DNA of 62,838 nt, filler included, from Stramenopiles sp. TOSAG23-3 (Eukaryota), in NCBI GenBank assembly GCA_900128585.1. It is 10 parts of 10 records of this genome, joined end to end, with 100 filler letters (N's around TTAATTAATTAA, not from the genome) between each part and the next. Parts side by side here need not be neighbours in the genome. Positions count along the whole stretch, not along the records: positions 18,852 to 28,150 come from LT642930.1; positions 28,251 to 37,546 come from LT642931.1; 8 more parts are not named here. One strand, written 5' to 3'. The notes under the pieces were generated by a model, which was not told where the DNA came from, searched no databases, and saw nothing but the letters and a program-made list of their open reading frames with translations. This document shows, one piece after another, positions 23,767 to 34,133 of this stretch. How positions within the stretch are numbered: position 1 is the first letter of the stretch; each line of letters begins with the position of its first letter. The position numbers were made by a program, and so were the translations under genes.

Positions 23767-25143
23767 TCATATACTCGTACCCGTTACCTTTTCGGTGTGG
23801 TTGATTGGGAACAGTCCCCTCTTTGTAACATTTTTACTCCCTTCGACACAGATGATTTCTCCCGCAGCCCATCCCGACTCGTCATCGTCTTCTAGAACTA
23901 ATATTTCCTGTCCAACTTCAAAGGACAACTCGTCTTTGTCGTCGCTTTTGAAGGGAAATTTCGTTACTACTTTGTAACTGTCAAACCCTAAGTGGGCCGC
24001 TGCTTCAGCCTCGTCCCGTTTCCGCTGCGCTTCCTCCTTTTCTTTGGCCAACAAGGGGTTCGGCTGGAAAAACTTTGGGAGCACGTCCCCCGTGCAACTA
24101 TTCGTCACAACGACGAGGGGGGGATCCTTGCCCGGCCCTTTTTCTAGGCCACCACTGCTTGTTTCCACGACACCCGGGCCTTGGTTCGCATCGTCTTCCA
24201 TCGGGGGGGTCATGGGCCTGGGAATATCGCCTGCATCGTTGTCCGCAGCCTCCATGATGTCGTTTTCCTCGGACGGAATCGGTATGATAATAGATTTTCT
24301 GCTCCTTGCGTTGCCACCTTTCATTCCCATGTACATCGGCGGTGGAGAAATGATAGTGTCCGTGTCCCCGGATAGCTTTGCAACAATGGAATGCTTAAAG
24401 AAACTCGCTTCTGGTTGGGGGAGAAACTGGCACGATAACTTAACGTTGTGAGCGGTTCTGGACAAAAATTCTTGGTGGCATGCCATAAAGCCAACGACCG
24501 ACAATGCTATTTTTGGCCGATCTTCCAACAACCTCGTCATGGTTGTCTTCGTTTCGGCGTCCACCTGTTCGTACAATTCTTCTGCATTTGAGGCCTTCAG
24601 CTCAGCATCGTCTAGTCTTTTTGCGTCCGACTTTCCTTTTTTGGCCTCAAGGTGCTTCAACCGCCTTGAATATGTATCTCGGTCTTTTCTATAGTCTTCG
24701 CGCTTTCTGATCAGCGCCTTGATGGCCGGAAAACGCTCCTTGCACAGTGCGTTGATGGGGCCCATAACTTCGTCGTCGTATATTTCAGTCACCACACGCC
24801 GCGTGTCTCCGATTTGATCCTGGTAGTCATTCAGGGTTTTTGTGGCAGCCTGGACTTTCCCGATAGACGAAGACGGCTCGGCCTCTTCATTCCTGTTTAT
24901 TCTGTGAGACATCACCCACGCTTGCAACGATGCGCCTTCAAGCAAGTTACAATACTGCCGCGTCGACTCGGCAAACGGTTCCAGCTTCTTCCGCAAACTA
25001 TTTAACTCGTCCTCGTACGCCGTAAACTGCAGGTTCAGCTGATCAAATTCTTCGTCTACGTGCTGGGCTTTTGTCACGATGTCAAATAGATGCTGTGTCT
25101 TCCTTCTTCCGATGTCCCGCGCGGAGGTTGCAAGGGACTTCAA
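23767..25143 (-). CDS. Amphiphysin-like BAR + SH3 protein (start codon not found)
   Basis: BAR helices ('DEEFDQL', 'FPAIKALIRKREDYRKDRD') and a C-terminal SH3 ('FPFKSDDKDELSF..G..I.VL..DESGW..G...RGLFPINH'). Confidence 0.85.
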   Translation of the reverse strand: MKSLATSARDIGRRKTQHLFDIVTKAQHVDEEFDQLNLQFTAYEDELNSLRKKLEPFAESTRQYCNLLEGASLQAWVMSHRINRNEEAEPSSSIGKVQAATKTLNDYQDQIGDTRRVVTEIYDDEVMGPINALCKERFPAIKALIRKREDYRKDRDTYSRRLKHLEAKKGKSDAKRLDDAELKASNAEELYEQVDAETKTTMTRLLEDRPKIALSVVGFMACHQEFLSRTAHNVKLSCQFLPQPEASFFKHSIVAKLSGDTDTIISPPPMYMGMKGGNARSRKSIIIPIPSEENDIMEAADNDAGDIPRPMTPPMEDDANQGPGVVETSSGGLEKGPGKDPPLVVVTNSCTGDVLPKFFQPNPLLAKEKEEAQRKRDEAEAAAHLGFDSYKVVTKFPFKSDDKDELSFEVGQEILVLEDDDESGWAAGEIICVEGSKNVTKRGLFPINHTEKVTGTSI

Positions 25144-25757
25144 TTTATTTACGGACGGGGGGCGTTTAAGTGCCTTGCCGCCGTGGTATGTACACGTACG
25201 ATGATTCGGTGGGTATATGTACCAACTGAACGCGCGTTCCTATATCTCTGTTTCTCTGTGTGTCTGTAGCGTGTGTGTTTGGTTCCTCAAAAATACTTTC
25301 ATTGTTGTAAAGATAATCGATCTCGTTCATTCAATAATATACAGTAAAAGATATTAAATTAGGGGAAGAATCCTCCTCCAAAATAATCATCATCATCTGA
25401 TATTTTTTATTATTATTAATAATATAAAAAATATTAAATATGGTCCGGTCCTTCTTCTTCTTCTCCTTCTCCTTCTTCTTCTTCTTCTTCGCCCGCTCGC
25501 GCTCCCTGCTCCCTTCCCTCCTCCCGCTGCCTCTGAAGAAGGATTAAACATATACCTATATAAAATAGTATTGTAAAATATGATAATAGTACAAATTGAC
25601 CTTTCGGGATGGGAGAGGTAGGAGGGAGTAGAGATCTATCTGTTCTTCTTCTTCCTTCCTTCCTTCCTTTCTTCTTTCTTCTCTTCTCTCTCTCTCTCCT
25701 CCTCCCTATTACACGTTGTTATAATATATATATAATAAATAAACTATAATTATATTT

Positions 25758-25838
25758 TATTTCTTCTTCTTTCTTCTTCTTTCTTCTTCTTTCTTCTTCT
25801 TTCTTCTTCTTCTTTCTTTCTTCTTCTTCTTCTTCTCT
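25758..25838. repeat. (TTCTTCTTCT)n / TTC tract
   Basis: Polypyrimidine tandem run upstream of the BAR-SH3 gene. Confidence 0.85.
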
Positions 25839-26872
25839 TCGTTCAATAAATACGTATAGTAAGTACCAAGGGTAGCACACATAAATATAATATATCAATC
25901 TTACCCCTGCCTGCTCTTCTTGGAATGAAGAAATAATATAAACTAAGGTTGCGATTCGATAGAACGACTATTAATAATTTCATTTAAAAATGTTTGGTAT
26001 TTCTTATTACTTACATTGAAGACGATACTACATTTATAGGTTTATAACGGACCCGAAAGCAGGTCTTACGCGTTCGTGTGAGGTACCAGAAAAGAAAAGG
26101 CCCAACTCAATTAGTGGGGGGGAAGGTAGTAGTTAGTAGAAGACAGATAGGACTGAACTTTTGAACGTTGTTGTGACCTGATTTGTGAAAGTAGCAAGTC
26201 CGTCCGTCATATTTTGAGTTGTGTCTGGGATATAAAACGATGGGGTTGTTTGGTAGATACATGACTGTTTTTTTAGCCGGGACAATCTCTATGTTTGCAG
26301 GTGCGACCGTAGTACATAGAATTTTCAAGCCAGACTTGACTTTGCCAGATCTGGTGACAGTGACTTCTGAAACAAGTGAGAATAAAGGCAAATAGCGGTG
26401 GCGCCGAGGGCACGTAGCGAGTGGTTGCTGTATAGTATAGAGGGAGAAGTTGGTGGCGAATGCCCAGCATGTAAGTGCCCGGTGAACAAAAATTGACGAA
26501 CTACTTCGTCGCCTGTTTCGTCTGCCTGCCGCCCGATCTTCGAAACTTTGGCGAACAAATTCGCCGGCTCTTTCGTCTGCCTCCCGACCCGCCAATTTAT
26601 TTGCGGTATGTCGGTGGTGGCTCGTTATGGTGCCGACAACGATTTGGCTCATAAAAATGGCGCCAACACCCCGAACCGTAAAAAACACTTGGCGACCTCC
26701 CGAAACCGTCCAATAAATGGACATTATCATGACAATGCGATCGTTAAATCTTTTTAAATAAGATTTAAAATCTAAAAATGTGTTTCGATTTTTTTAAAAA
26801 TCTAATAAAAAACAAATTATATAGTCATATGATATGCATAGTTTTTTATTATATGTTATATAACATAGTATC

Positions 26873-27012
26873 AAAACAAATTATATAGTATGTTTTAAGA
26901 CTCTCAAAAAAGAAAAGAAAAAAGAAGGTAAAACCGTTCAAGAACCTAAACGTATCATATGCTTTAAGACTCTCATTTTAAATCAATTACTATTTCAGTG
27001 TTAAAATCTAAT
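26873..27012. repeat. Dispersed 3'-end element, module A (ACAAATTATA..TATG(C/T)TTTAAGACTCTCA..TCAATTACTATTTCAGT), two partial copies
   Basis: Near-identical to 33553-33615 and similar to 54651-54700 on other contigs. Confidence 0.75.
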
Positions 27013-27119
27013 TATTCCCAATTTAAAAAATGTGATTAAATATATTAAGAGCACCTATATTTCTTGCTTTAAAAAACATCCGATATACTCTGGGACCAAA
27101 TTACTGGATCAAAGTTCTG

Positions 27120-27830
27120 TTATTCGGTGTGTATGACTTGATTGGATTTCTGCATCCCTTTGCCCTCTCTTCCATATGTAGACATTGAAATTGACGCCCG
27201 GAACCCATGATTGGTTTCGTTCTTAGGGTTGTGATAGGATGCAAAACCGCGGTTGGCAGCTTCGTGAAACACACCGCTTGTGCGATTGTCTATAGTCACA
27301 AATTTCGGGCGGGATACGGTGATCGCATATTGCTTGACGTTCCGTAGCTCCGGTTGCCAATCTGGACCCATTGACATCATCGGTTTGAGGCCTTTAGGAC
27401 TTGGGCGTTCAAGCCATAGCTGGCGGATCATTTTGGCCAATTCGTAGTTGCCATTTGCTTCTGCATAGTTACCAGGGGACTTATTGGAATGGTCTTTGGA
27501 CATTGCGTACGCCCCCCTGTCGATTAGCAACTTGACGCAATCTACGTGGTCGTTCATTGCCGCTATGTGAAGCGGGGTCATGCCTCCCTGCACACTCGCG
27601 TACTCTAAATTTGCCCCGTTATCAATATACTCGTTGCATTGTTCTACATTTCCGGTATATGCTGCCTCATACAGAAGTTCTGACACAGTCAATCGTGCAC
27701 TTTCGTTGCGAACAATTTCTTCCATCTTATGCCGATGTGCGTTTGCCTCTTCTATGTCCCAAGTATCTTTGTCAGGGTGGAACTCCATCCCGGGATGGTT
27801 CACAGCAGACATACTGCTGCCAGCGCCCAT
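27120..27830 (-). CDS. Ankyrin-repeat protein, probably N-myristoylated
   Basis: MGAGSS N-terminus and ankyrin repeats 'LYEAAYTGN..C...IDNGAN' and 'GMTPLHIAAMNDHVDCVKLLIDRGA'. Confidence 0.85.
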   Translation of the reverse strand: MGAGSSMSAVNHPGMEFHPDKDTWDIEEANAHRHKMEEIVRNESARLTVSELLYEAAYTGNVEQCNEYIDNGANLEYASVQGGMTPLHIAAMNDHVDCVKLLIDRGAYAMSKDHSNKSPGNYAEANGNYELAKMIRQLWLERPSPKGLKPMMSMGPDWQPELRNVKQYAITVSRPKFVTIDNRTSGVFHEAANRGFASYHNPKNETNHGFRASISMSTYGREGKGMQKSNQVIHTE

Positions 27831-28250
27831 TATTTATTTATTTCCGTCCGGGCAATTGAGGATTATGTAGGAGATAGATGTTGCGAACACGCACGCCCAG
27901 ACAATTAATTATACAATAAAATGATGATCCAACGCAAGCTGAGGGTTTAATTCGTTGTAAACAAAGCACAGTGTCGATATGAAACAATTACAGAGACACC
28001 AGTTCACGTTTCTAACAGTTTCTGTTCGCAAATGCAGTATTGCACAAAAGAAGAATTCGTCATCGTGCGATAAGATAATATATTATTTTTTTATAGAGAG
28101 AAAGGCGGTGAGTGTGCCGCAGAGTACACAACCAACTAAATACCACCAAANNNNNNNNNNNNNNNNNNNNNNNNNNNNNNNNNNNNNNNNNNNNTTAATT
28201 AATTAANNNNNNNNNNNNNNNNNNNNNNNNNNNNNNNNNNNNNNNNNNNN

Positions 28251-28704
28251 CCATCTTTTCATCTGCACACTTCCACAACGAGTCCCACTTTAGTATTTGG
28301 CCATCTTCGCAGGAAAGGTCTGACAGTGAATCTAGCGACACATTCAAATATGATCGCATCAATGAAGTGCTATCTTTACCAATCAGCTGTGCCCCTGCTT
28401 TCGAAAAGCCAGTACCGTACAAAGTCAAGTCTTTCAGCACAATCAAGGAGTCGACGTAGAAACGCTTTGTCCTGTTTGGTAGAAGCGTCTGTATCTGTTC
28501 CCCTCCGGCCTGAACCTTGTTGTTCTGGTGATGTCTGTGTGAAATCGCATATCCAATGATGATAAACCCAAACGCAAAGACTATTATCAAAGAGCCAGCG
28601 CTGTTATACGCAGCAGCTCTACTTTCCGCTCTATTTTCGCGTTCTCTCCTTTCCACACGGTTCCGTCCTGCCAATGAAGATGGAGCTACTTGCGTCGAGC
28701 TCAT
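28251..28704 (-). CDS. Single-pass membrane protein, truncated at the contig end
   Basis: ATG at 28704, TM 'LIIVFAFGFIIIGYAI', then 'LSDLSCEDGQILKWDSLWKCADE' running into the linker. Confidence 0.65.
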
Positions 28705-30060
28705 AAAAAGTTACTATAATAAGATAACATTCGGGTGTTTCGCTATGAAAATATACAGTTTGCTGTTTACCGCTCAAATCGTCTTGTCCTCATTTCTAGG
28801 AATGAGAAAAATGATATCAGATGGATTCTAAATTCGATAGAATTTTAATTGTTGTTCACGTAAGTTGTTCGAACGTACGTAGAAGCGTCGAAGTGTACAC
28901 TTCGACGCGAAAACCCCTTACGTAATAGCTAAAGGGGGGCGCGATAAAAATTAGTGACTTTTTTTTAAGGCATGCTGTATTGTATTATAATGATGTATAT
29001 TAAACTATTAATAATGGACGACTACAAGAAGAGGAGTTGTTTTCAGCATTTTGGTGATGATTCTAAATAAAAAATACCTTACAACAACACAATCTGTAGC
29101 AAAGACAGAAAAGAAAGGCAGAGAGAAAACGAAGCGGTCGTCACCACATGATGAAAAAAGGGTGCAGCATGTCATAGCATTAGAGGTTAGGAAGTGCGCG
29201 GCGAAGACTCTAAAATGCATGATGAGGTCAATAGGCTGAATCAAAAACTGTATTAATTACGAGCGTAGACTATGAGTACGTAGACGGCATTCCGGTTTTC
29301 TGGTTCTGCCGAAAGCCGCCACATTTCGTGCTTTTTCCAGTCCCGGGGGTTGAGAAAAATAAAATGCCTTGTGTTGTGTATAAAGTTATTTTATAACAGG
29401 GTCTGAATCTGCTTGCTTGCTGCGTGCATGGTAGGGGCCATTTTAATTTTATTTTTTTATTACTAAGCCTATAGAGCTGTTCCTATCTCCTCGTAATTGT
29501 CGTCTTTTTTATTATTTTAAAATAACAACAGTTGATTTCCCTATACTAGACTATAATGTTAATTAGGATTTTACCTATCAACTACTATAAACTTATAAAA
29601 TAGTCGTCGTAGCTATACTACTGCTTTTATAATGTTGGATTGATTCATTTCATTTACACAATATACCAGCTAATACAATGTATAATAAATTATAGCGCTA
29701 TTATATTCATACTGGTATTATTATTAGATATTAAAAATAATAGCATAACGAATTTTATAATTGTGATGGTGTGGTGCTATTTCACTCCAGCCAGCAGGTG
29801 TTAATTCTCCTTATATATACTGTATATTAATTTACGGAACTTTCTTTCTATGAGTGTGATTGGATTACACGCACAGATATGTAACGTACTTGTTTAATGA
29901 ATGGCAGGGATTCATTTGTTTCTTTTTCTTTTTAAAAACGATGGGTGCCAGGTAATGATTTCAAGGTTGAAATTAAGAGTTTTCGGTTTTCCTAGTCAGA
30001 TTATAAGGACACAGTGACCAGTTGGGTCAGGCTAGAGGTTGGCCCGACGATTGTTACTCT

Positions 30061-33000
30061 ATGTTTGCCCGACGCGGGAGTGTGGGGTTTAAAGTCGCGC
30101 CCTTCGGGTCTCCTGAAAGCGAAGATTTTAGTTTTCAAGATGATATGGACAAAACGAGCGCGTTTGGGGGGTTCGGGCATGAAATGAAGAAGCCCGAGAA
30201 GAACGAAGACGAGATCGTATGGGGGGAAGACCACGTGGAAGTGAAAATAGAACAAGGTAACAGCCCAGAGGGGAGAAAAAAGACGAAGCGAAGAAAACGG
30301 AAAGGGTCCAAAAGCGATGGCGCTAAAATGCATGTAGAAAATACATACGAAGACATTGGGAATAAACACATGGAAGATCGGAGCTGAGTTTGAAATGAAA
30401 CAAATTGAATTGAAGCTTAGGGGGGCACTGTTCGACAAAAACATACACGAGCGAAAAAATACCAACTACAAGAAGGCTTTTCAGGAAGAAGAATCCACGC
30501 ACCACCAGGATAAGGTTGCTAACTTTGCCGGTCATAACGGACCCAGCGGAACTTCAGTTGTGGCCCCCAAACTTCCCGTTGGCAACATGCTCATATCGCA
30601 CGAGCAATTGAAAACCATGAAAACCACTCTTAAACGCGCGTACATGGCTAAAATCAAAGAGATCAAAGCAAAGGCAGAAAAGTTCAAAGAGAAAATGTAC
30701 GAAAAGGAGAAGCTTATCGAAGAACTCCGAGACGAGAAGGAAAAGCTTCGGTACGAAAAAGAACACTTGTCCCGGACCCAAGGAGCCATGGGAATAGAAA
30801 ACTTGCGCCAGCTCGGCAACAGAAACAACCCAACAGAAAACAGGTTTGTTAGCGCTGCAGCAAAGAAGCGCGAAGAGCAACGGAAGAAAATGCTACAGGC
30901 ATTGGATAAAGACGACGATGGCGGGGCACACTTTGTTGGCGCAGAACTGCACAATGCGCGTTACGAGGGTCGGCTTGGGGCCATATATTTGCAGTACGAT
31001 AAGCTGATGGCCAAGATAGAGAGGTCATTGCCACTAACCAAAGATCTTGCTCAGATCGAAGCAAGGTATGGCAGCTCCGTAAGCGCATTTTTCAGGTTTT
31101 TCCGTTTCATCATCTTCATGTACTTTATTTTGAGCTTCGTGAACTTTGCCCTGCTGAGCTATCACTTGTATCACCACAAAATCTTTTCTTTGACAAACGG
31201 CGGAAATCTTTGGGACGTACAATCGTTGCAGTTTGCCCTTCAAAGACTTGACACCAAGCACAAAAACGCCCAAAATTTTACCAATTTTTACAACAACTCA
31301 GAGTCAGAACGGACTCCGCCGCCGATCCCAGAAGAACGCTTTCGCAGCTTTTGTTCTGAACTTGGGAGCTGCGACATTGACAGGCCAGTCACGATACTGG
31401 AGGATGAGCCGTCTGTCAAAGGCTACGTGACTTACACTCTGTTTATTGAGAAAAACAGCCCACCGAGCAAAATTGATTATTTGTTCGCTGGAAACATTCC
31501 CACAATCCTTTTGCCGAGCTCGTTTAACTTTTTTAAAGAGGCTTCTCGGGGGGAGGAGAGGTTCAATAATGTCGATCTCTCGGCTGATGCAATGTTCTAT
31601 ACGTTGAACATGGTTGTGTGCATTGGAATACTTATAGTTGTAGCTATAAGAAAAGTATCGCACGAAGATAGAAAATATAAGGTTCTGATGGGGATGGAAT
31701 CAGGGGACGACGGGTCAAGAGTGTACAGTAAATTAAGTCTGGCAATATGGGACCACAACGTAACAAGCAACAACGATGCTTGGGATTTGAAAGAGGCTGT
31801 TACGGACCAGTTTTCCCAAATCGTGTTTCAGTCGGAAAAGGAAGAAGAAATTGCTGCTCGTACCAACAAAGACAGATACAAGCTATACGCGAGACGGCTT
31901 GTTGGAGTACTCATCAACCTGGCAGTAATGAGCGCTGGATGGGGTGTCATTTTGGGATTGACTGCATTTGGACGATCAATTGCCATTAATTTGGGCCTTG
32001 AAACGGAAGAACAGCAAAAAATGTTCGTAACGGTAGGGGTTCCATCTACCGTGGCTGGCATGAATGCAGCCATCCCAACAATAATATGGATGATTATTAC
32101 AAAACTGGAAGCATGTTTTTGGCAAAGGTCATGAACATCATGATCCAGCTGGTAACGTATCTCATGGTAAGCGACCCCTACGTTTTTAAGCGGTCAGACT
32201 TGTTGTCTTTGTTTGGAGGCAGAGGGTATTTTGACAACTATCTAAATGGAAAATTTCAAATGCCGCTAGCAGATGAACGACAATGCCGGGCGGACAATGT
32301 GTCGTACGCGCTGGTAAATTTGCTGCTTGTACAATTTGTGTCTTCAAAATTAATTAGCATATTTATGGCGCTGGCAAAGTACGGACGGTACATTGGAAAG
32401 GGCAAGAAAGGCAAGTGGAAGAAAGAGTTTAGCGTACCATTTGCGGTGATCAACCTTGTGTATTTTTGTACTGTTGCGTTCGTTACGTTTGCATTTTTCC
32501 CATTCACTTTCATGCTGGTAACGTTCATCACTTATTTTGATTTCAAATTCATGAAGTTTCAATTGGAAAACTTTATGTACAAACCACTGGTACCATTTGA
32601 TGCCAAAAGCATTGGAAACTTTTTCACTCGACTGCTGTTGTTATCCATGATAATAGGGTCTACAATTATCCACTTGACGCTTTCAAACCCTTACTTGCCT
32701 CGCGTATTCGACTTGAAGAGTGAGCCCAGCGAAACCGAAGCCTTTGGCTCCCAATTTCCTGAGCAAAACTATCGCATTGATCGGTTCCGGTACTTCACAT
32801 CCGGTGTCTCTATGAACCAAATCGATACTTCTTACAAGGTTCCTGCACTGGTTGAGTATCCCGATGCAAAGTGGAATGCATCGATACCGGGGTATTTTTC
32901 AAATGCGCAGTCACCAGAATCAGAATTGAAGTTGTGCGAGGGAACGGTTAAGGAAAGTAGCCTTAAATGTTGTGGCGTGACCAAAGATGGCTTTGGAGTC

Positions 33001-33474
33001 CCTTGCATTACTGTTCACGAAATATGGGAAGCAATGAAAGCTTCTAGAAACAAAAGTGTCACAATTACGTCTGATTTTAGTGATTTTAAGCGGATATTTA
33101 AATTTGAAGCAACAAGTTCAGACCCAGACAAGTTGGTAGCAACTGCAGACATGGCTTGCGGACCATTCATAGGGTCTGAGAATGGCTACAGTACATTATT
33201 GAAATTTATAGATCAATATGGTGAATCTATGAGAACTGCGAGTAACGTAATTCGCGACTCTGGAGGAAATTATGTGATAGCGTTTTGGACGGTGATATTC
33301 ATGCTCCTCTTGCGGTCTTTGTTCAAGGAAAATTCGCTCTACAGCCAAACCATAGTTCACAGCGAAAAGCAGCATGCTCTTAAAAATCAAGCAATGGCCT
33401 TGCTGGCCAAATCAAATGATCTGCAAAGGAAGTTAGACTTAAAAAAGCGACAAGCTGCAGCTTTAACGCGGTGA
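30061..33474 (+). CDS. TMC (transmembrane channel-like) protein, split over three frames (junctions ~30380 and ~32111)
   Basis: TMC hallmarks 'IEARYGSSVSAFFRFFRF', 'EFSVPFAVINLVY', 'FFPF' and 'CGPF', plus many TM segments. ORFs 30022-30387, 30356-32134 and 32086-33474 overlap head to tail. Confidence 0.8.
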
Positions 33475-33535
33475 GGTAAGTTAATTTAACAAAAAACCTA
33501 ATATTCAGTTAAATCTAATTAAAAAAAATAATAAA

Positions 33536-33711
33536 TCGGCTGTTATTTAAGAAAAAACAAATTATATAAGTATGTTTTAAAACTCTCATTTTTTATATCA
33601 ATTACTATTTCAGTTCCAACCCTAATCCTATCTTGATGGTTTAACTTGATTTTTTTAAAACAAGAAAATTGGCTGTTAATTAAGTAATTAAAATTAATGT
33701 ACTGCGAACTG
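33536..33711. repeat. Dispersed 3'-end element, modules A and B (AAACAAGAAAATTGGCTGTTA..TAAGTAATTAAAATTAATGTACTGCGAACTG)
   Basis: 33655-33711 is nearly identical to the reverse complement of 54821-54882. The core recurs near 44120 and at 62081-62150. Confidence 0.8.
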
Positions 33712-34133
33712 AATTTGATTTTTTAATTTCGTTTCGTCGTTGATTGTCAATCACTGAGGAATTATTTAAGTATTTCAAATTTATTGTCTTCTCATATTGC
33801 GTTCTTATCTCTGCTCCTGAGATTTTAATAATTCAATTAATACCCAGTCTTGACTATCATTCTCATGTGTGTACTCCATGCATAATCCGAATCGGTACGG
33901 TATGTCGATTTGCGTTGATGCCAAAAGACCCGTAGTCAACTTCCTTATCCAAATTTTAAGTAAATGTTTCAATTTGATGTGTTAGTTTCACAATAAAAAG
34001 AAATTGCCTGCTATTTAAAGTAATTAAAAATATGGTGTAGTCTAAGTTAAGATGAAAAGTGACCCCGCGCTGAATTTTTCATTTTTTTCCCTTTTCATGT
34101 GGGTGCGTTTTTAGTCAAATTTCTAGAGGATTT

